64,000 nt of DNA from the NCBI GenBank assembly GCA_030613065.1, contig JAUWMQ010000002.1:18007-82006 (forward strand), in the 5' to 3' direction. The DNA is from Candidatus Aegiribacteria sp. Its GTDB lineage: Bacteria; Fermentibacterota; Fermentibacteria; Fermentibacterales; JCC-6. This document shows positions 20,752 through 29,756 of this stretch, one piece after another. Under the pieces are notes generated by a model. The model was not told where the DNA came from and searched no databases. It saw only the letters and a list, made by a program, of their open reading frames with translations. Position numbers and translations under genes: made by a program. Positions within the stretch are counted from its first letter, which is position 1, and each line of letters begins with the position of its first letter.

Positions 20752-21389
20752 TGGCTATTGTTGTCAAAGCAACCCGAATGGAGCTGCTTCAGATGCGCAA
20801 GAAGGTAAAACTTGCGCAGAAAGGGCACAAGCTTCTCAAGGACAAGCTGGACGAACTCATGCGTCAATTCAAGATACTTATCTCGGAATACGAAGGCGCA
20901 AGGGAAGAACTGGAGAAGGAGCTCAGCGCAGCCTACGGCGAGTTCCTTTTCGCCAGGGCAGCAATGACCGAACCAGGGCTGCTTGACGCGCTTCGCTATC
21001 CCGGAGCACAGGCCATTGTTACCACTTCTACGAGGAAGATCATGAACCTTGTGCTGCCCGTCTTTGATGTCTCAATAGAGGGTAATGTACGGAATTATGG
21101 AATGTTCGACACCCCCGTTGAGCTTGATCAGTCGCTGAAGGTCTATAAGGAGCTTCTTCCCAGGATTATCAAACTGGCTGAGCACGAAAAGGCCATCAGC
21201 CTCCTGGCAAGAGAGATAGATTCGACCAGGAGGAGAGTGAACGCCCTTGAGTACAAGCTGATACCGGAGCTGGAGGAGGCGATAAGGGCTATACGTCTCA
21301 AACTGGATGAAATGGAAAGGGGAAACCTTACAAGGTTGATGAAGGTGAAGGCCATGGTGGAGGAGAAGCGCGAGAAAAGCCGCGCCTAA
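20751..21389 (+). CDS. atpD: V-type ATPase subunit D (central stalk); start taken at the ATG overlapping the atpB stop rather than the upstream ORF-track start
   Basis: [32 protein letters not shown] is the canonical subunit D N-terminus. The ORF-track start at 20652 would overlap atpB by 100 nt in another frame and is unlikely. Confidence 0.85.
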   Translation: MAIVVKATRMELLQMRKKVKLAQKGHKLLKDKLDELMRQFKILISEYEGAREELEKELSAAYGEFLFARAAMTEPGLLDALRYPGAQAIVTTSTRKIMNLVLPVFDVSIEGNVRNYGMFDTPVELDQSLKVYKELLPRIIKLAEHEKAISLLAREIDSTRRRVNALEYKLIPELEEAIRAIRLKLDEMERGNLTRLMKVKAMVEEKREKSRA

Positions 21390-21669
21390 CCACCGAGGCC
21401 GGGCTTACCTTTCTGACCTATTCTGACCGGACAGGAACACAAGTTAAAATAAATGCATACAGTATGATTATTAATTAGAATATACTGATTAATACGAATT
21501 CATTTCAAGCTGACGTTCCCGGAATACCTGTGCGATGCCTTCGTACTTCATCTCAACACACAGAAGATAATCACTGAACAAGTAATAAAGGTCTTGATGT
21601 TCTGCCTTGAATGCCTTATTAATTATATGTGGAAATTTGCTTTGAAATTCAAAACAGAAAGGGTGAATT

Positions 21670-22263
21670 ATGAAATCCGTATTTATTGTTATACTGATTC
21701 TGGCGACTTCACAGATAGCCTTTGCCGACATCACCGAGAACTACGGATGGGAAGACACTGATACCATTCTTGGGAATTATGGAGACATAATCGCTACAAT
21801 AGCAACAGACCCAGTACATTCAGGATCGCAGTCTCTCCGACTTGAGGATGCTGCGGCATCAGGAACTCCACAGGCATTTGTAGCATGGGTTGTAGGCCTT
21901 CAGAATGGTGACGAAGTTACGGGCAGCTTCTGGCGGAACGATACCACTCCGGGTGCTCCTCCTTCATGCAGAATCTGGGGACACTGGAACGACGATCCCG
22001 TTGATATAAACGTCTACTCCGGAAGCGCCAGCGGTCAAAGTGATTACGGTCCCGGAACAGGCTGGGACGAAGCTACATACACATGGATTGCTGCGGATGA
22101 TCACACAGGTCTTGTAATCGAGTGCAGGACATATTCAAGCGCCGGCGATATCGTCTGGATAGATGACATGACCATTGTCGCTCCCGACCACGCAACCATT
22201 TACATTCCTGGCACCGTAGCTGTTGAAAACAGAACCTGGGCTGACATAAAGGCGGCATTCTAG
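21670..22263 (+). CDS. Secreted hypothetical protein (signal peptide)
   Basis: The N-terminus MKSVFIVILILATSQIAFADIT resembles a signal peptide with an AFA-D cleavage site. The mature part is rich in Gly/Trp/Asp and has no recognised motif. Confidence 0.5.
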   Translation: MKSVFIVILILATSQIAFADITENYGWEDTDTILGNYGDIIATIATDPVHSGSQSLRLEDAAASGTPQAFVAWVVGLQNGDEVTGSFWRNDTTPGAPPSCRIWGHWNDDPVDINVYSGSASGQSDYGPGTGWDEATYTWIAADDHTGLVIECRTYSSAGDIVWIDDMTIVAPDHATIYIPGTVAVENRTWADIKAAF

Positions 22264-22340
22264 AGTTCCTGAACATCGTTCCATAAAAGTGCGGGGAAGT
22301 ATGAAAAAAGCTTCCCCGCTTCTTTCTCAATCACGAGGTA

Positions 22341-22991
22341 TCAGAAAAGCTCACCGAGTTTTTCAACCATACTTAAAGCGCCTTCGAAAACCTCCGCCGG
22401 ACCGCTCGCGAGCATGTATGCCGGCGTTGTCACCAGTTTTCTTTCCACGTCAACAACCGAATCGTTCACCGAACAATTCACATGAACCGCCCCCATAGAG
22501 TTAATAGCCGCTGCCGTTTCGGGATTGCTGCCGATGGTCAGTTTTGCTCCGGGGATAGTCCGTGCAAGTATTACAGGAGCTATGCACATGGCTGCAATTG
22601 GTTTTCGCGCTAGAAGGGCGTTGTTGATGAGACTCTCAACTTCGGGGTTTACCGAGCATTCCGGGCCATCGGACGCGAAGGAGCATAATGTAAGAGCCGC
22701 ACCGAACCCCCCGGGGAACACCACAGCGTCATAATCTTCAGGCTCAAGATCGGAGAGGGGTCTGATATTTCCTCTGGCTATTCTGGCACCCTCCTTTAGC
22801 GCGTTTCGGGTCTGCGCCTCCGGCTTTTCTGTGCTATGGTCAACCGTGGCAGTCTGTTGCACATCGGGTGCTGTGAAAATGACTTCGTAACCCGCCCTGT
22901 CCAGAGCAATGAGCGCGGCGACGGCTTCGTGTATTTCGGAGCCGTCCTTGACCCCGCAGCCACTGAGGACAAAAGCGATTTTCTTTCCCAT
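22341..22991 (-). CDS. elbB: ElbB/DJ-1/PfpI-family protein (class I glutamine amidotransferase-like, isoprenoid biosynthesis ElbB-like)
   Basis: Begins MGKKIAFVLSGCGVKDGSEIHEAVAALIALDRAGYEV and contains the nucleophile-elbow-like AAMCIAP. The 216-aa length fits ElbB. Confidence 0.75.
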   Translation of the reverse strand: MGKKIAFVLSGCGVKDGSEIHEAVAALIALDRAGYEVIFTAPDVQQTATVDHSTEKPEAQTRNALKEGARIARGNIRPLSDLEPEDYDAVVFPGGFGAALTLCSFASDGPECSVNPEVESLINNALLARKPIAAMCIAPVILARTIPGAKLTIGSNPETAAAINSMGAVHVNCSVNDSVVDVERKLVTTPAYMLASGPAEVFEGALSMVEKLGELF

Positions 22992-23127
22992 AATACCCTC
23001 CAGGTAAGTATAATTCTCATGTGATCCAACTAGATACTACAAGAGTCTCCCGTAGTCCACTGTAATCAAGGCTTTGCCACTTTGAATCGGTAATGTATCT
23101 TTCGAGTAACTACAAGAAGGAGTCAAA

Positions 23128-23799
23128 ATGTTCAGGATGATTATAACCATCATTTTCTTTTCATTGCTGTTTTCATCATGTTACTACGGAGTCATGCAGG
23201 GGGCTCACACTCTGGGGAAAAACCATATCACGATAACCAGTGGAGTAACTCTTCCAGCCTATTTCTCTGCTGAATCAAAGCGTGAGGCCGAAGAGAACAG
23301 AGTTGACTACCTTGAAACCTATCCAACCGCAGATTTTGCCGTAGGTGCAACCGAGAGAATAGATATAGGTTTCTCATCCTTCGGTTACGGAGTAGGTCCC
23401 ATGGTTAAGTACAATCTTCTGAATCCTGCTGACCCTACGGCGCTGTCCGCAATGCTGAACATGAACTACGTGATTCCCATGCAGGTGATGCTTCCAAGAC
23501 TGTCTCTGTGCGCCGGACATATGTTCGACAGGGACCTCGAGGTTTTTGCTGGAAGTGACGTAGGATACGGTCCCGATATGGCCAATATTCCCGAATCAGA
23601 TGATGGGTCCCATGACTGGAATTCTGTGGACAACACATTTTTCGCCTGTGTCCGTGTTGGCTGCAAGTACGAGCTGAAGCCTCCGGGCAGCCCGAACGAG
23701 TACAGGACATACATACCCGAGTCCATACTCTTTCAGTTCTCGATACCGCTTGATCTTTCAAGAAGCATGATACTGGCTGGACTGGCTATCACATACTGA
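23128..23799 (+). CDS. Predicted lipoprotein of unknown function
   Basis: Signal peptide with lipobox LLFSSC (MFRMIITIIFFSLLFSSCYYG). The mature region has no recognised motif. Confidence 0.5.
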   Translation: MFRMIITIIFFSLLFSSCYYGVMQGAHTLGKNHITITSGVTLPAYFSAESKREAEENRVDYLETYPTADFAVGATERIDIGFSSFGYGVGPMVKYNLLNPADPTALSAMLNMNYVIPMQVMLPRLSLCAGHMFDRDLEVFAGSDVGYGPDMANIPESDDGSHDWNSVDNTFFACVRVGCKYELKPPGSPNEYRTYIPESILFQFSIPLDLSRSMILAGLAITY

Positions 23800-23923
23800 A
23801 TTTGTACTCAGAAAGTATCTCCAGACGGCAATACTTCATACAATACATCTATAAATCTGGCAGATTGTGAAGAAGTGTATCGAGTTCCCCAGGTTTTTCC
23901 CGCCAGCCGGATTAACAACTAGA

Positions 23924-24209
23924 TTACTTTGTAAGGCCGTGCTGCTCAAGCTCATTTGCGGCCATATCCACCAGATCGGAAGAGGTGCATGTCCTTACCC
24001 AGCTGCAGAGGTCTCTGACACCCTGCCGGAATTCTATTTCTGCTTTGAAACCAAGAACAGCAGTTGTTCTTCTCGTATCCGCGAACCTGTGGGTCGAGGT
24101 TGTCCAGAGCTCTTACATGATAGCCTTTTTCAATAAGCAGGTCTGCGAGGTGAGAACCTATGAACCCGGCGCCACCAGTGATGACAACTCGAATGCCCAT
24201 AGTGTCCAA
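23924..24209 (-). pseudogene. Remnant of an NAD-dependent epimerase/dehydratase (GalE/WcaG-like) gene: N-terminal Rossmann motif joined out of frame to the extreme C-terminus, with the roughly 240-codon middle deleted
   Basis: Frame 1 reads [35 protein letters not shown] and then runs into nonsense. A 1-nt frame shift at DNL continues as [34 protein letters not shown]..., the conserved epimerase C-terminal segment, ending at the TAA at 23924..23926. Confidence 0.6.
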
Positions 24210-24582
24210 TTAATGCAGAAGTCGGTTTAGCAACAGTATGTATTGGGAACTTAAACACGGGATATAATCCCACCTTAATCATATTTACATTAAAGTATAA
24301 CAGATATATATGGAGTTATCAATTAACCACTGCGGTGAATTTTCGTCATTAACGCCAATCAGCCTTACCTGGCTGGCTCACTCGGGAGCTGGTCCACCCC
24401 GACCATCAATATGCAGCAGCGAGTCTGCGCTCATCAAGTCATGATGGATTCCGATTCACATCTGCAGGGGAAGCGGGTTCGAGGGGTTTGTTGTATTACT
24501 AATGACTTTGCCTGATTTTGTACTTATCATACCTGCCGTATAGAGCGTAGTTAAATACATCTGGCTGGAAGGAAGTACTGAT

Positions 24583-26343
24583 TTGCGGACAAGAGTCTTT
24601 TTACCAGCCGGTCTAATTCTTACAATTCTCTTTGTTGTGTACAGATTCATGGAACTTCTCCCGCGTGGCCCATCAGATAAGGTCGTTCAATTTATTCTGC
24701 TGGTTTCTGCAGGTGTTTGCTTTGCTCTGCATATTGCCCGAAGGACCGACCGAGATCTGATTCGGTGGATTCTGGAAAAAATAGGGAAACCCACTACCGC
24801 CAGGTTTCTCGGACTTCTTCTCGTAATTATGGCGCTTTTTTCCATATGGATGGCTTATGGACCTTTAGAGGGGATCCCGAAGGGTGGTGACGAAGCCGCA
24901 TATTATTTTCAATCAAAGATATACGCTGCCGGTCATCTTTCTGCACCAGTACCGAGTGTTGATAATCCAATGGCCTACTTTCCGTTCCGGCATTTTATCT
25001 TCAGAAATGACATGTGGTTTATTGTCTATACCCCCTTCCATTCACTATTGATGGCACCCTTCACCGCCGCTGGCGCAGCCCCTCTCCTTGGCCCCCTTGA
25101 AGGGCTGCTTTCTCTTCTGGGAATATTCCTTCTGATAAGGCTTTGGACGGGAGAAACGATAGCCCGTGTCAGCGTCATTCTTCTTCTTTTGTCACCTTTC
25201 TTCCTTTTCATGACAAGCACATTTATGGCTCACAATACGAACCTGATGCTGATGACGTGGTCACTTTACCTGATCTCCAGAAGGGCAAAGGGGGCATCGG
25301 CTGCCTACGGGCTTTCAGGAGGTTTCCTTATTGGACTTGCCTTTGCCACCAAACCTTATCCTGTTCTAGTGTGGCTATTCATCATACCTCTTGCAGTTAT
25401 AGTGGGCTGCCGGGACAGGTGGTTCCGTATTCTGGCACCGGCTGCTGCTGCCGCAGCTATACCCTTCGCGCTATTTCTGTTGTCGAACAGTTATTACACA
25501 GGAAACCCTCTTCATGCCGGATACGACCTGGTCAGGGGAGGAAAACTGATAGGCTTCGGCCCGGACAAGGCATGGTTTCCCGAATACGGAGATCACGCGC
25601 ATACCCCCCTTAGGGGACTGTTCAATGTTGCAAGGCAGATCGGGGTTGGAAGCACTATCATGTTCGGCTGGCCGTTCCTCTCCCTGTTTCCAGTGCTTGC
25701 GGCACTTGGAAGGGCGCGAAAGGAGAGACGAGTTCTCTTGCTCTATATCCCCCTGGTATTAATCATGTTGCTGATGTTTCTTCATTATTGTACTGCTATC
25801 GATTACGGGCCAAGACATTACTTCACTTTCATGCCCGTTATCATGCTTCTTTCAGCAATAGGATTAAGGGAAGTAGTAAGATACGCCAGGAAAAGAAGAG
25901 GGGTAGAAGGAAGCAATGTAGTGGCTGTCTTTGTCTTTTGTATGTTTTTGATCACTTTGTTCGTTTATTTGCCGGAGGGAATAGAACTCAGGTCGGGACC
26001 ATGGCAGAGCATTGACAACCAGCCCCGGATAACAGCTTCAAGTTCTGTCGAAACTCCCTCAATTGTATTCATGCAGGCGGGACAGTACGGATACCCGAAT
26101 ATCAGCAGCGGTATTAATTTCAATTCACCTTATCTTGACAATGAAATTATTTACTGCGCTCACCAGACACCCGGCGAGGACATTCTGTTCATGCAGGCTT
26201 ACTCCGGAAGAAACTCCTACCTTTACTGGTTTGACGGGAGCAGTTTCCATATTGAGCCATGGACACAGTATCGTTCAGAAGCCATCGCACCTACCAGGGA
26301 TATGGAATACTTTGCACATTTACATATGCTTGATTCAAGATGA
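24583..26343 (+). CDS. GT-C fold membrane glycosyltransferase (PMT/ArnT-like, GT39/GT83-type polyprenyl-phosphate-sugar-dependent transferase)
   Basis: 586 aa with more than 10 predicted TM helices. A DE-type acidic motif lies in the first periplasmic loop (GGDEAAYYFQSKIYAAGH), as in PMT/ArnT enzymes. The C-terminus is a soluble domain. Confidence 0.6.
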   Translation: MRTRVFLPAGLILTILFVVYRFMELLPRGPSDKVVQFILLVSAGVCFALHIARRTDRDLIRWILEKIGKPTTARFLGLLLVIMALFSIWMAYGPLEGIPKGGDEAAYYFQSKIYAAGHLSAPVPSVDNPMAYFPFRHFIFRNDMWFIVYTPFHSLLMAPFTAAGAAPLLGPLEGLLSLLGIFLLIRLWTGETIARVSVILLLLSPFFLFMTSTFMAHNTNLMLMTWSLYLISRRAKGASAAYGLSGGFLIGLAFATKPYPVLVWLFIIPLAVIVGCRDRWFRILAPAAAAAAIPFALFLLSNSYYTGNPLHAGYDLVRGGKLIGFGPDKAWFPEYGDHAHTPLRGLFNVARQIGVGSTIMFGWPFLSLFPVLAALGRARKERRVLLLYIPLVLIMLLMFLHYCTAIDYGPRHYFTFMPVIMLLSAIGLREVVRYARKRRGVEGSNVVAVFVFCMFLITLFVYLPEGIELRSGPWQSIDNQPRITASSSVETPSIVFMQAGQYGYPNISSGINFNSPYLDNEIIYCAHQTPGEDILFMQAYSGRNSYLYWFDGSSFHIEPWTQYRSEAIAPTRDMEYFAHLHMLDSR

Positions 26344-26581
26344 AATTACCAATAAAACCATATGCATTCTGGAATATTTCAGGAAACTGCTTTTTTGCAG
26401 CTGCGAACAACGCAAAACTGCTTATTCAGCAGATGTTCATATATGCTCATTTCTATACTAACCATATATTCCATACGTGGTTTTGCTTCAAAGAAAACTC
26501 AATATAGTGCAGTATGCAAGTACTTAAATCATAAAGCGCTATTCGCATAGTATTGAATAATAGCCATAGAATAGAGAAATA

Positions 26582-27565
26582 ATGATAACTCTTAAAAGAT
26601 TACAGAATGTTTCAAGTACTAGATTACGAAAAGTATTACATGTTGTTAAGATGTTCAATGGCCGTAGCCCGCTATATCCACGTTTTATTCAATTGTTGCT
26701 CACATATAAATGCAACTCAAATTGTCCTTTTTGTTATCAAGACGCTGAGAAAAAGAAAATTCCCGACATGAGTATCAGTGACGCTAAGATTATTGAAAGA
26801 AATATAAGAAAATCATTTAACTTCAAACCAAGAATACATTTTTTCGGAGGGGAACCTACAGTAAATACTGATTTCGTGGAAATCCTGAAATACTTTTCTA
26901 ATTCAGGTTACAAAATATCCATGACTACAAATGGAATTAATTTACTCAAATACGGGAGAGAAATTGTAGAAGCCAAGGGACTAAAGGAAATACATATTTC
27001 TCTTAATGATTTGGATTTTGAAAGAGTGTTATCAACTGTGAAGCAAATCAGCGACATTGATGTGAATAATAGTCTCCATTTAACAATAAACTGCCCGATT
27101 ACGGAGGTTAATCAAGATAGATTACTTGAAATTGTTGAGAAATTTGAACACACGGAAGCACAGTGTCTTACATTTCAACATCGCGGTTTTATTTGGTATA
27201 ATGGGTTTGTATCAATGGACCATAAATTAGTAAGACATCAGTATGACATAATTAAAAGGCGTAATAATAACATACGCATACTATTTCATCCGAGTATTAA
27301 ATCCAAGGATATCGAAGCTTACTATACGGATAAAGAATATCCCTACAATAATAACAAATGCTATTATCCATGGTTTGTCCTTTTTATACAGCCTAATGGA
27401 AGTATAATACCCTGCGATGAGCTCAATATTACAGTTGGAAATGCAGTAACTGAAAGCCTTAAGAATCTTTGGAATAATGCAGAATATGTAGCATTCAGGA
27501 AAGGGATTATTCTGAATGGAATATCACATTCAATATGCCATAGATGTGATCATAGAGATTACTAA
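26582..27565 (+). CDS. Radical SAM enzyme with C-terminal SPASM/twitch-like cysteine cluster
   Basis: CxxxCxxC motif at YKCNSNCPFCYQ and a glycine-rich SAM motif FFGGEPT. C-terminal cysteines IPCDE...HSICHRCDH resemble an auxiliary Fe-S domain. The gene is AT-rich. Confidence 0.75.
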   Translation: MITLKRLQNVSSTRLRKVLHVVKMFNGRSPLYPRFIQLLLTYKCNSNCPFCYQDAEKKKIPDMSISDAKIIERNIRKSFNFKPRIHFFGGEPTVNTDFVEILKYFSNSGYKISMTTNGINLLKYGREIVEAKGLKEIHISLNDLDFERVLSTVKQISDIDVNNSLHLTINCPITEVNQDRLLEIVEKFEHTEAQCLTFQHRGFIWYNGFVSMDHKLVRHQYDIIKRRNNNIRILFHPSIKSKDIEAYYTDKEYPYNNNKCYYPWFVLFIQPNGSIIPCDELNITVGNAVTESLKNLWNNAEYVAFRKGIILNGISHSICHRCDHRDY

Positions 27566-27579
27566 ATAGGAGCTGACAC

Positions 27580-28728
27580 ATGATTACAATCGTGATACCG
27601 GCATTGAACGAAGAAAATACCGTTGGTATTTGCGTCAAAAAGGCTATAGAGACTATGCGTAATCTTAATGTAGAGGGAGAAGTCATAGTCGCCGATAATG
27701 GATCCACCGACAAAACAGAGGAGGTAGCACTTAAGGCAGGCGCAAGAGTTATTAAGACGGAAGAGAAGGGTTATGGAGCTACTTACAGGCAGAGCATACC
27801 GCACGCCCAGGGAGAGTTCATTATAATGGGAGATGCTGATGATTCGTACAATTTTGAAGAAATTGGCCCATTTATTGAAAAATTGAATCAGGGATATGAG
27901 TTCGTGATGGGAAACAGATTCAAGGGTAAAATAGAAAAGGGGGCTATGCCATTATTGCATCGTTACATAGGGACTCCTATACTAACCGCAATTATGAATC
28001 TATTTTTCAAGATTGGGATTAGCGACACAAACTGTGGCATGAGGGCATTTACAAAGAACGCATTTGAGAAAATGAAATTGAAAACCTCTGGTATGGAATT
28101 TGCTACAGAAATGATAATAAAAGCTTCCGCTGTCGGACTGAAAATGTGTGAAATTCCTTGTAATCTTTACAGAGACAAAAGGGATCATCCACCACACCTG
28201 AACACCTGGAAAGATGGATGGAGATATCTCAGGTTCATGTTATTGTTTACTCCCTTTTGGACGTATCTTGTTCCAGGATTAACCTTGATGTCCATTGGGA
28301 TACTGGGAATGATCACTCTTTTCGTAAGGGATTGTACGTCACCACTATTCCTCGGTAATATAATAGAGCCAAAATACTTCTCACTGCTTCTTCTGCCACT
28401 GTTAGTGGGAAGTCAGATAGTATCTTTTGGTATTATTGCTTGTAGTCTTAGTTATGCAAAACACTACAATAATATTAATAAAAGGATATATAGTTTATTA
28501 GGAAAATTCAAACTTGAAAATGGTCTACTTACAAGCCTGCTTCTTTTATGCACTGGCGGCTTGATTATTACTTATCTGATTGTTTCTAATTACTGGGGAG
28601 TAGGTCCAATTATTGGGGATGCAGTTAGAAATGACTTGAGTGTTATAGCGACCGCGCTGATTGTTTTTAGCACGCAAATATTTTGTACATCATTTATACT
28701 TAGTATAGATATTCTAAAGGTTATTTAG
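27580..28728 (+). CDS. GT2 polyprenyl-phosphate sugar synthase-like glycosyltransferase (DPM1/ArnC/GtrB type) with C-terminal membrane anchor
   Basis: ITIVIPALNEE, VADNGSTDKT and IMGDADDSY (DxD) form the GT2 catalytic core. The last roughly 150 aa have 4 predicted TM helices, as in GtrB/ArnC. Confidence 0.8.
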   Translation: MITIVIPALNEENTVGICVKKAIETMRNLNVEGEVIVADNGSTDKTEEVALKAGARVIKTEEKGYGATYRQSIPHAQGEFIIMGDADDSYNFEEIGPFIEKLNQGYEFVMGNRFKGKIEKGAMPLLHRYIGTPILTAIMNLFFKIGISDTNCGMRAFTKNAFEKMKLKTSGMEFATEMIIKASAVGLKMCEIPCNLYRDKRDHPPHLNTWKDGWRYLRFMLLFTPFWTYLVPGLTLMSIGILGMITLFVRDCTSPLFLGNIIEPKYFSLLLLPLLVGSQIVSFGIIACSLSYAKHYNNINKRIYSLLGKFKLENGLLTSLLLLCTGGLIITYLIVSNYWGVGPIIGDAVRNDLSVIATALIVFSTQIFCTSFILSIDILKVI

Positions 28729-28768
28729 CGTTGCATTTTGCATTATTATATAGAGATAGAATGTTATT

Positions 28769-29503
28769 ATGAAAGAATCACGCGTTGCGTTTTATAAGAG
28801 ATGGGGAACACACTCAAAACCATATTTTGAGTGGCAATCGGAGCAAATATCAAAATATGTTGGTAAAAGAATAGCGGATATAGGTTGCGGATTAGGAAAT
28901 TTTGTAGAAGTATTTAGTGACAAAGAACTCTATTTAGGATTTGATCCAGACGAATCGGTTCGACAGGAAATACAGAGATCGGAGTATCCCGATAATTTCA
29001 GATTATCAAAAAAGGGTGATATCTGTCAGGCGGAAACAGTAGAAGAGATTAATGTAAATGACATAGATACAATTATATGCATAAATACCTTAGAGCATAT
29101 TAAAGATGACAAACAAGCACTGACTAATATGGTCAAGGCAGTTAAAAAGGATGGTCATGTATGCTTAATTGTTCCTGCTTTACATTGCCTTTATGGTTCG
29201 CTGGACGAATTTGATGGTCACTATAGAAGATATTCAAAAAAGGACTTATTAGTACTCACAGATAATTTGGAAGTGGAAATAGTTCTATTACGTTATATGA
29301 ACATGATTGGAAGCGTAGGATGGTTTATCAAGAGCAGAATTGTAAAAGAAAAAACATATAAGAACACGAATTTCAATATTATAGTAAGTCTTCTCCCGAT
29401 AATATCTTTTTTAGAAAAATATATAAAACCTATATTTGGTCTTTCACTTGTTCTGGTGCTGCGAAAGCGTAATAGTTTACGTCCCTTTACATCAGTGAAA
29501 TAA
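28769..29503 (+). CDS. Class I SAM-dependent methyltransferase
   Basis: Motif I IADIGCGLGNF and the acidic motif II region LGFDPDE. The 244-aa length fits the family. Confidence 0.7.
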   Translation: MKESRVAFYKRWGTHSKPYFEWQSEQISKYVGKRIADIGCGLGNFVEVFSDKELYLGFDPDESVRQEIQRSEYPDNFRLSKKGDICQAETVEEINVNDIDTIICINTLEHIKDDKQALTNMVKAVKKDGHVCLIVPALHCLYGSLDEFDGHYRRYSKKDLLVLTDNLEVEIVLLRYMNMIGSVGWFIKSRIVKEKTYKNTNFNIIVSLLPIISFLEKYIKPIFGLSLVLVLRKRNSLRPFTSVK

Positions 29504-29513
29504 GTCATAGAAT
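29486..29513 (+). promoter_or_regulatory. Putative sigma70-type promoter for the riboswitch-leader transcript (TTTACA-16-TAGAAT)
   Basis: A -35 TTTACA (29486..29491) and a -10 TAGAAT (29508..29513) with a 16-nt spacer lie about 25 nt upstream of the first GEMM aptamer. Confidence 0.3.
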
Positions 29514-29539
29514 ATTATTAGGCGGTAGAGCACCGCTAA

Positions 29540-29620
29540 GCAAACCGGAGGAAACTCCGGGACGCAAAGCCACGGATCCCAGCCGCTTCAGGGGAAAGCG
29601 GAAGGATAGCCGGGTTACCG
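29540..29620 (+). ncRNA. c-di-GMP-I (GEMM) riboswitch aptamer, copy 1 of a tandem pair
   Basis: GCAAACC-GGAGGAAACUCC-GGGACGCAAAGCCACGG...GGAUAGCCGGGUUACCG matches the GEMM-I hallmarks. These are the 5' CAAAC, a P1 hairpin with a GAAA tetraloop, GACGCAAAGCC, and the 3' AGCCGGGUUACCG. Compare V. cholerae Vc2 GGGCAAACC...GGGACGCAAAGCCUCCGG...GGUAGCGGGGUUACCG. Confidence 0.8.
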
Positions 29621-29631
29621 TTTGACTCAAT

Positions 29632-29708
29632 GCAAACCGGAGGAGACTCCGGGACGCAAAGCCACGGATCCCAGCCCGGGAAACCGGGAAGGACAGCCGG
29701 GTTACCAG
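29632..29708 (+). ncRNA. c-di-GMP-I (GEMM) riboswitch aptamer, copy 2 of the tandem pair
   Basis: GCAAACCGGAGGAGACUCCGGGACGCAAAGCCACGGAUCCCAGCCCGGGAAACCGGGAAGGACAGCCGGGUUACCA. It shares conserved cores with copy 1 but has a different P2 hairpin (CCCGGGAAACCGGG), so it is a diverged duplicate rather than a recent repeat. Confidence 0.8.
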
Positions 29709-29756
29709 ACGTCTGCCCGAGGGGGAACTCCCGAGCAGGTTGAGGAGGTGCTCAGG

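Noticed and set aside
24440-24500. GGGTTCGAGG motif in the 370-bp spacer before the GT-C gene, reminiscent of a tRNA T-loop (GGTTCGAATCC)
   Set aside because: No complementary T-stem, acceptor stem or anticodon arm could be built around it, so no tRNA is supported.
26362-26550. 62-aa ORF upstream of the radical SAM/SPASM gene as a possible RiPP precursor peptide
   Set aside because: It has no leader/core organisation and no Cys/Ser/Thr-rich core, and the sequence is AT-rich low complexity. This is insufficient evidence.
29521-29536. GGCGGTAG at the start of the riboswitch leader resembles the ops/JUMPstart core (GGCGGTAGCGTG) used by RfaH upstream of polysaccharide operons
   Set aside because: Only the 8-nt core matches. 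The following bases differ and instead form a small hairpin (GCGGT agagc ACCGC). RfaH/ops is essentially a proteobacterial system, so this is probably coincidental.
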